A DNA stretch of 38,125 nucleotides. Source: Octopus sinensis (taxonomy: Eukaryota). The first letter of the stretch is position 1. The number at the start of each line of letters is the position of its first letter. The stretch covers positions 1-38,125 of the forward strand of contig NW_021836814.1 of the NCBI RefSeq assembly GCF_006345805.1. The letters run 5' to 3'. The position numbers were made by a program, and so were the translations under genes. Below, in pieces: positions 33,690-38,125 of this stretch. The notes beneath the pieces were generated by a model. The model had not been told where the DNA came from, ran no database searches, and saw nothing but the letters and a program-made list of their open reading frames with translations.

Positions 33690-34342
33690 CACCATCATCA
33701 TCATCACCATCATCATCATCATCGTCGTCGTCATCATTATTATCATTCTAAGCGTCTTCATCATAGAAATGCACATGAAAGCCATTGTTTTCCCTGTTTC
33801 TCCTCACGACCCTCATCTTCTTCGTACTCAACCAACGCGCTAGAAATAAAAGCCCCAAACCTTTCCCAACCCGAGCAATGTAAATCAATCCCCTTCTCGT
33901 TCGTTCGCGAAACCAAACTATGAAATGTGATGTACTTTATAATTATAGAATCCGTAAAATTATGACTGTAAAATAAGGTCTATGACATCAACAGGTTTTG
34001 TACATAATATTCCGAGAAGCTGGGCAGATTTTGCACGATATACTCTAGTATTTAACCTTTCAGTACTTCGTTACTTTCTTGTCACAAGCTGTAAAATGAT
34101 ATCACCTTGTGTGACACTATTACCTCACCTTAACGGAATGCTATCGAATTACTTTGCAAGTTAAACTTACACAACGAATAGTGTTAAATATACTGACTCT
34201 GTTTCCTATTGTAATTCCTCACAACTGAGAATCAACCGAATTCTTTCAGTTCAGAAGCCAGTTAGGGATGCTCGTAGAAACCCCATAAAACCAGGACCGT
34301 ATAAGGCAAGTGGCTTTTCTACAATCGACAAGAGCAAGCTTA

Positions 34343-35100
34343 ATTGCTTGTACTTGTGGCGACATTCACCCTGGGCGGGTTGAATCGGTTTCTTCTACCA
34401 CCCTCGAGGCATCTCGAACCATGGCAGCCAATGCATGACTGTCCTGCGCCAGTTCACTGCAGATAGCGAGTCTGTCACGGTTCCATCGGCGCAGGCCGAT
34501 GTTGCCATTGTATTCGCCATTGTGAATTCATGGAAGAAGTTTCTTGGGAATATGTGGGTTTCACAAGCGGTCCCCAACAATCCCGCATGTAGAGACATCC
34601 TGTTTGCCGCAGATTTCCCGTAGACGCAGGGACAGAACGACCGAGGAGCCGCCGGTTGCCGAAAGAGACACTCCGTGGATTTTCACCAGATGGTGGCCCC
34701 AATACCTATTTCTTTATTACCCACAAGGGGCTAAACATAGAGGGGACAAACAAGGACAGACAAGGTATTAAGTCAATTACATCGACCCCAGTGCATAGCT
34801 GGCACTTAATTTATCGACCCCGAAAGGATGAAAGGCAAAGTCGACCTCGGCGGAATTTGAACTCAGAACGTAACGGCAGACGAAATACCGCTAAGCATTT
34901 CGCCTGGCATGATAACAATTCTGCCAGCTCACCACCAATACCACTTGCTGTCAGACCAATCCGCCTTGGGTGGCCCTACCAGGAACCGAATTCCCGACGG
35001 AATTGCTCTGACACAACCCGTTGCCAGCATCCCCACCACGGTGAGGAGGGTGTGGACTTTGGGGACACAAGCTTAGTGTAGTTCTGTTGTTGCTGGCCAT
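34343..35100 (-). mobile_element. Probable decayed RTE-clade LINE 3' fragment, interrupted by a SINE
   Basis: GC-richer segment. One minus frame reads ..RL*NPHIPKKLLP*..SELAQDSHALAAMVRDASRVVEETDSTRPG*, followed by cgccacaagtacaagcaa. This resembles RTE/RTEX C-termini (RIPKxLL, LAQDR) and their short-repeat tails. The left end is supported by the tail; the right end is approximate. Confidence 0.5.
34707..34934 (-). mobile_element. SINE family C, full length, TSD ccaatacc
   Basis: Reverse complement of the family C consensus. ccaatacc lies at 34699-34706 and 34935-34942. Confidence 0.93.
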
Positions 35101-35539
35101 GCAGGACACCTGCACCTAGCATTCATCAGATTTACTGGAAGGAAGCACTTTGTTTTTCACACTCACTTTCCTTCTGAAGTAAAACTTGAAAACGTTAATG
35201 AGTCAAGGAGAAAAGTGTCTGTCCTCATCTGTTTGAACATAGTTCACCGCAAAACCTGATTTGCGAAGGTCACCGCTTGAGATAAACTTTGCATGTCCTT
35301 CAAGGCCAAGGAAATGCGATTGGAATTAATTTGGCCAAAGCCAAGTAACCTTAACGAGACTGAAAATGGGATGACAGGCGATATCCTAACCTCAGTATTT
35401 CAATGTTACTTTGGAATGATCGTAAAAGGTCAACAGGCGAGGTTGACCTCGCCGCTGTTTGAAATTACTAAGGCAAAGAACCGGAAGAAATATGGAAAAT
35501 TCATTTTTTCCTGAAGCTCTGACGATTCTATCAATTCAC

Positions 35540-35650
35540 GACGACTAACATCACCACCTCGATCACCAACAACCCCACCACCAACAACACCATCACAACC
35601 ACCAACACCACCACCACCACCAGCGCGCGCACCACCCCTATCACTACTTC

Positions 35651-35683
<33 letters not shown>

Positions 35684-36120
35684 ATCAAGACCACTACCAC
35701 TACTACTAACAGCACCCCCACTACTACTACTACTACTATTAACACAACAACCAATCACCACTACCACTACTCCTAACATCCACAACCACCACAACTACTA
35801 CTACTACTAACTCCACCGCCGCTCCTATTACTAACTCACCACCGCTACTACTACTATTAACACCACAACCGCTACTACTACTAGTACTTCTACTGCCACC
35901 ACTACCACCAGCAGCAGCACCACCACCACTACTACCCCTACCACGACTCCCACTACCACCACTACCACCACTACCAACAGTTCCACCACTATCACCGCCA
36001 CAACCACCACCACCACCACCTCTACTACAACTACTACTACTACTACTACTACTACTGCTACTACTACTACTACAACTACTACTACTACTACTACAACTAC
36101 TACTACTACTACTACTACTG
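35540..36120. repeat. (ACT)n/(ACC)n/(AAC)n trinucleotide field
   Basis: Directly visible; source of the poly-Val ORFs. Confidence 0.95.
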
Positions 36121-36279
36121 CTTTGGTCTGTAGATGCATAGGGAAATGTGTGTCACACGATTTGCCCGTAATACGATTCGTCTTTGATTTCAACACAACT
36201 CTTACACTTGTTCATTCGGCTGCCTTCCTTAACATCGTGCCATATTGTTTTTAAGAAATAGAGTAGACGTCTCCAAGAC

Positions 36280-37218
36280 CAACGGCATCATCATCACCAC
36301 CGCCGCCAGCACCACCACCAACAACAACAACAACAGCAACAGGAATAAGACAGGTGCTATATAACACTATAATCTAACGTATACAAACTGCTACCATCAC
36401 TTATTGCACCAACCCTCCAATACCATCACAGCTTCGACTTCATCTCTCATAACAGGATCGCCGTCGCTCGCAATCTCAACCGCATCAGCAGCCGATGACT
36501 TATGAACGTCACTACCATCAGCCACCGCCGTCTCTACTGACGTCCATGGAGCAATATCATAACTATGATCATCATCATCATCATCATGTACATCATTATC
36601 ATTATCATCATTATCATTATCATCATCATCACCATCATTATCATCAACAGAACAGCCGTTGCTAATATTACGATTGTCGTTATCGCTGCAATCATCATCG
36701 TCATCATCATCTTCCTCTTCGTCTTCATTATCGTTATGTTGATGATCATCATCATCGTCGTCATTATCATAATCATCATCATCGTCATCATCACGATCAC
36801 CATCATCAGTGTCATCATCATCATTATCATCATCAAAACAGCCGTTGCTAATATTAGTGTCATCATCGTCATCATCATCTTCCTCTTCGTCTTCATTATC
36901 GTTATGGTGATGATGATCATCATCATCGTCATTATCATAATCATAATCATCATCATGATCATCATCATGAAAGCAACCATTGCTAACATTACGATCCCCA
37001 TCATCATCATCATCGTCATCATCATCACGATCACCATCATCAGTGTCATCATCTTCATTATCGTCATCACCAGCAGCAGTAGAGGCAGTAGCAGCCGCAA
37101 CAGCAACGTCGTCGTTTTTATCATAATTGTCAACATGCTGATCATCCGGTGTCATCACCACCATCATCATCATCATCATCAACAACCTCCTCCTCCTCAT
37201 TTTCATCATCATCACCAC

Positions 37219-37287
<69 letters not shown>

Positions 37288-38125
37288 CACCATCACCATC
37301 ATCATCATCATCAACCTCCTCCTCCTCCTCATCATCATCATCATCATCCTCATCATCATCATCATCAGCAACCTCCTCATCATCATCATCATCAGCAACC
37401 TCCTCCTCATCATCATCATCATCAGCAACCTCCTCCTCATCATCATCATCATCAGCAACCTCCTCCTCCTCATCATCATCATCATCCTCATCATCATCAT
37501 CATCATCATCATCATCACCAACAACCTCATCATCATCAACAACCTCCTCATCATCATCATCATCACTAACATCAGCATCAGCTTTAAGGAAACAACTGCA
37601 TTGTCGTCATCATCGTCGTTGTCGTTGGTTACCAACAGCAGCGCAGCAGCAGCAGCCGGTGCCGCCACAGACACACCACCGTCATCACCAGCACCGTCAT
37701 AACCGTTATCACCAGCACCGTCATGCTCATCTCAAAACTCACAACAGACCATGAAACCGTCAGCGCCGTGTTCATTGGCGACACCATCGTCAGCGCTGAC
37801 GATCTCCAATAGCAACCGAAACAAGAAGGACACCGCCATCAGCATCAATGCACGTTTCCAAGAAATCTATTACCACAATCTCGCCACCGCCACCATCCTA
37901 AACCGCACCCAACACACTACATCCATCACCACCACCGCCGCCACCACCACCACTACTACTATTGCCGCCGCCGCCGCCGCCGCCGCCTTCATCGCCACGG
38001 CAACTACCCATACTATCGCAACCACAGCCACAATTGTCAACATTATCACGACTAATACCGCAGACACTATCATTACTACACTATCCTCACCCAACCGAGC
38101 CGCTAGCCGCTACCATCGCCCGCAC
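36280..38125. repeat. (ATC)n/(CAT)n/(CCT)n/(GCC)n trinucleotide field with internal higher-order repeats
   Basis: aacagccgttgctaatatt occurs at 36651 and 36837, with a variant at 36971. A 27-30 bp unit (cat)5-cagcaa-(cct)n lies at ~37350-37470. Confidence 0.93.

Noticed and set aside
35190-35320. Minus frame ..GHAKFISSGDLRKSGFAVNYVQ.. resembling a CUB-domain C-terminus
   Set aside because: Only ~20 residues match loosely, upstream spacing is wrong, there is a stop 10 codons upstream, and the acceptor is poor. It needs an HMM search before any call.

Overview
This is AT-rich, repeat-saturated eukaryotic (animal) DNA. The tRNA-derived SINE families and very long (TA)n/(ATC)n fields resemble those I recognise from octopus (coleoid cephalopod) assemblies; that assignment is inference. 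No host protein-coding gene could be identified, and most entries in the ORF track are microsatellite read-throughs. The main element is an apparently full-length ~5.6 kb CR1/L2-type LINE on the minus strand (22039-27672). Its ORF1 carries a Myb/SANT-like N-terminus and a CCCH zinc finger. Its APE-RT ORF2 is broken by small indels; I found no independent nonsense substitutions when repairing the frame by hand. The window also holds an older related LINE fragment (1-~940), a decayed mariner transposase split by a 632 bp foldback element with an 8 bp TSD, a second member of that foldback family, a 321 bp Tc1-like MITE, a 142 bp near-perfect hairpin, about 14 SINE copies built from shuffled head/body/tail modules, a probable RTE-type LINE 3' fragment, and a recent 3 x ~617 bp tandem amplification. 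One SINE family shares its 3' stem-loop with the LINE, including a compensatory base change, which suggests a LINE/SINE partner pair inside the window.
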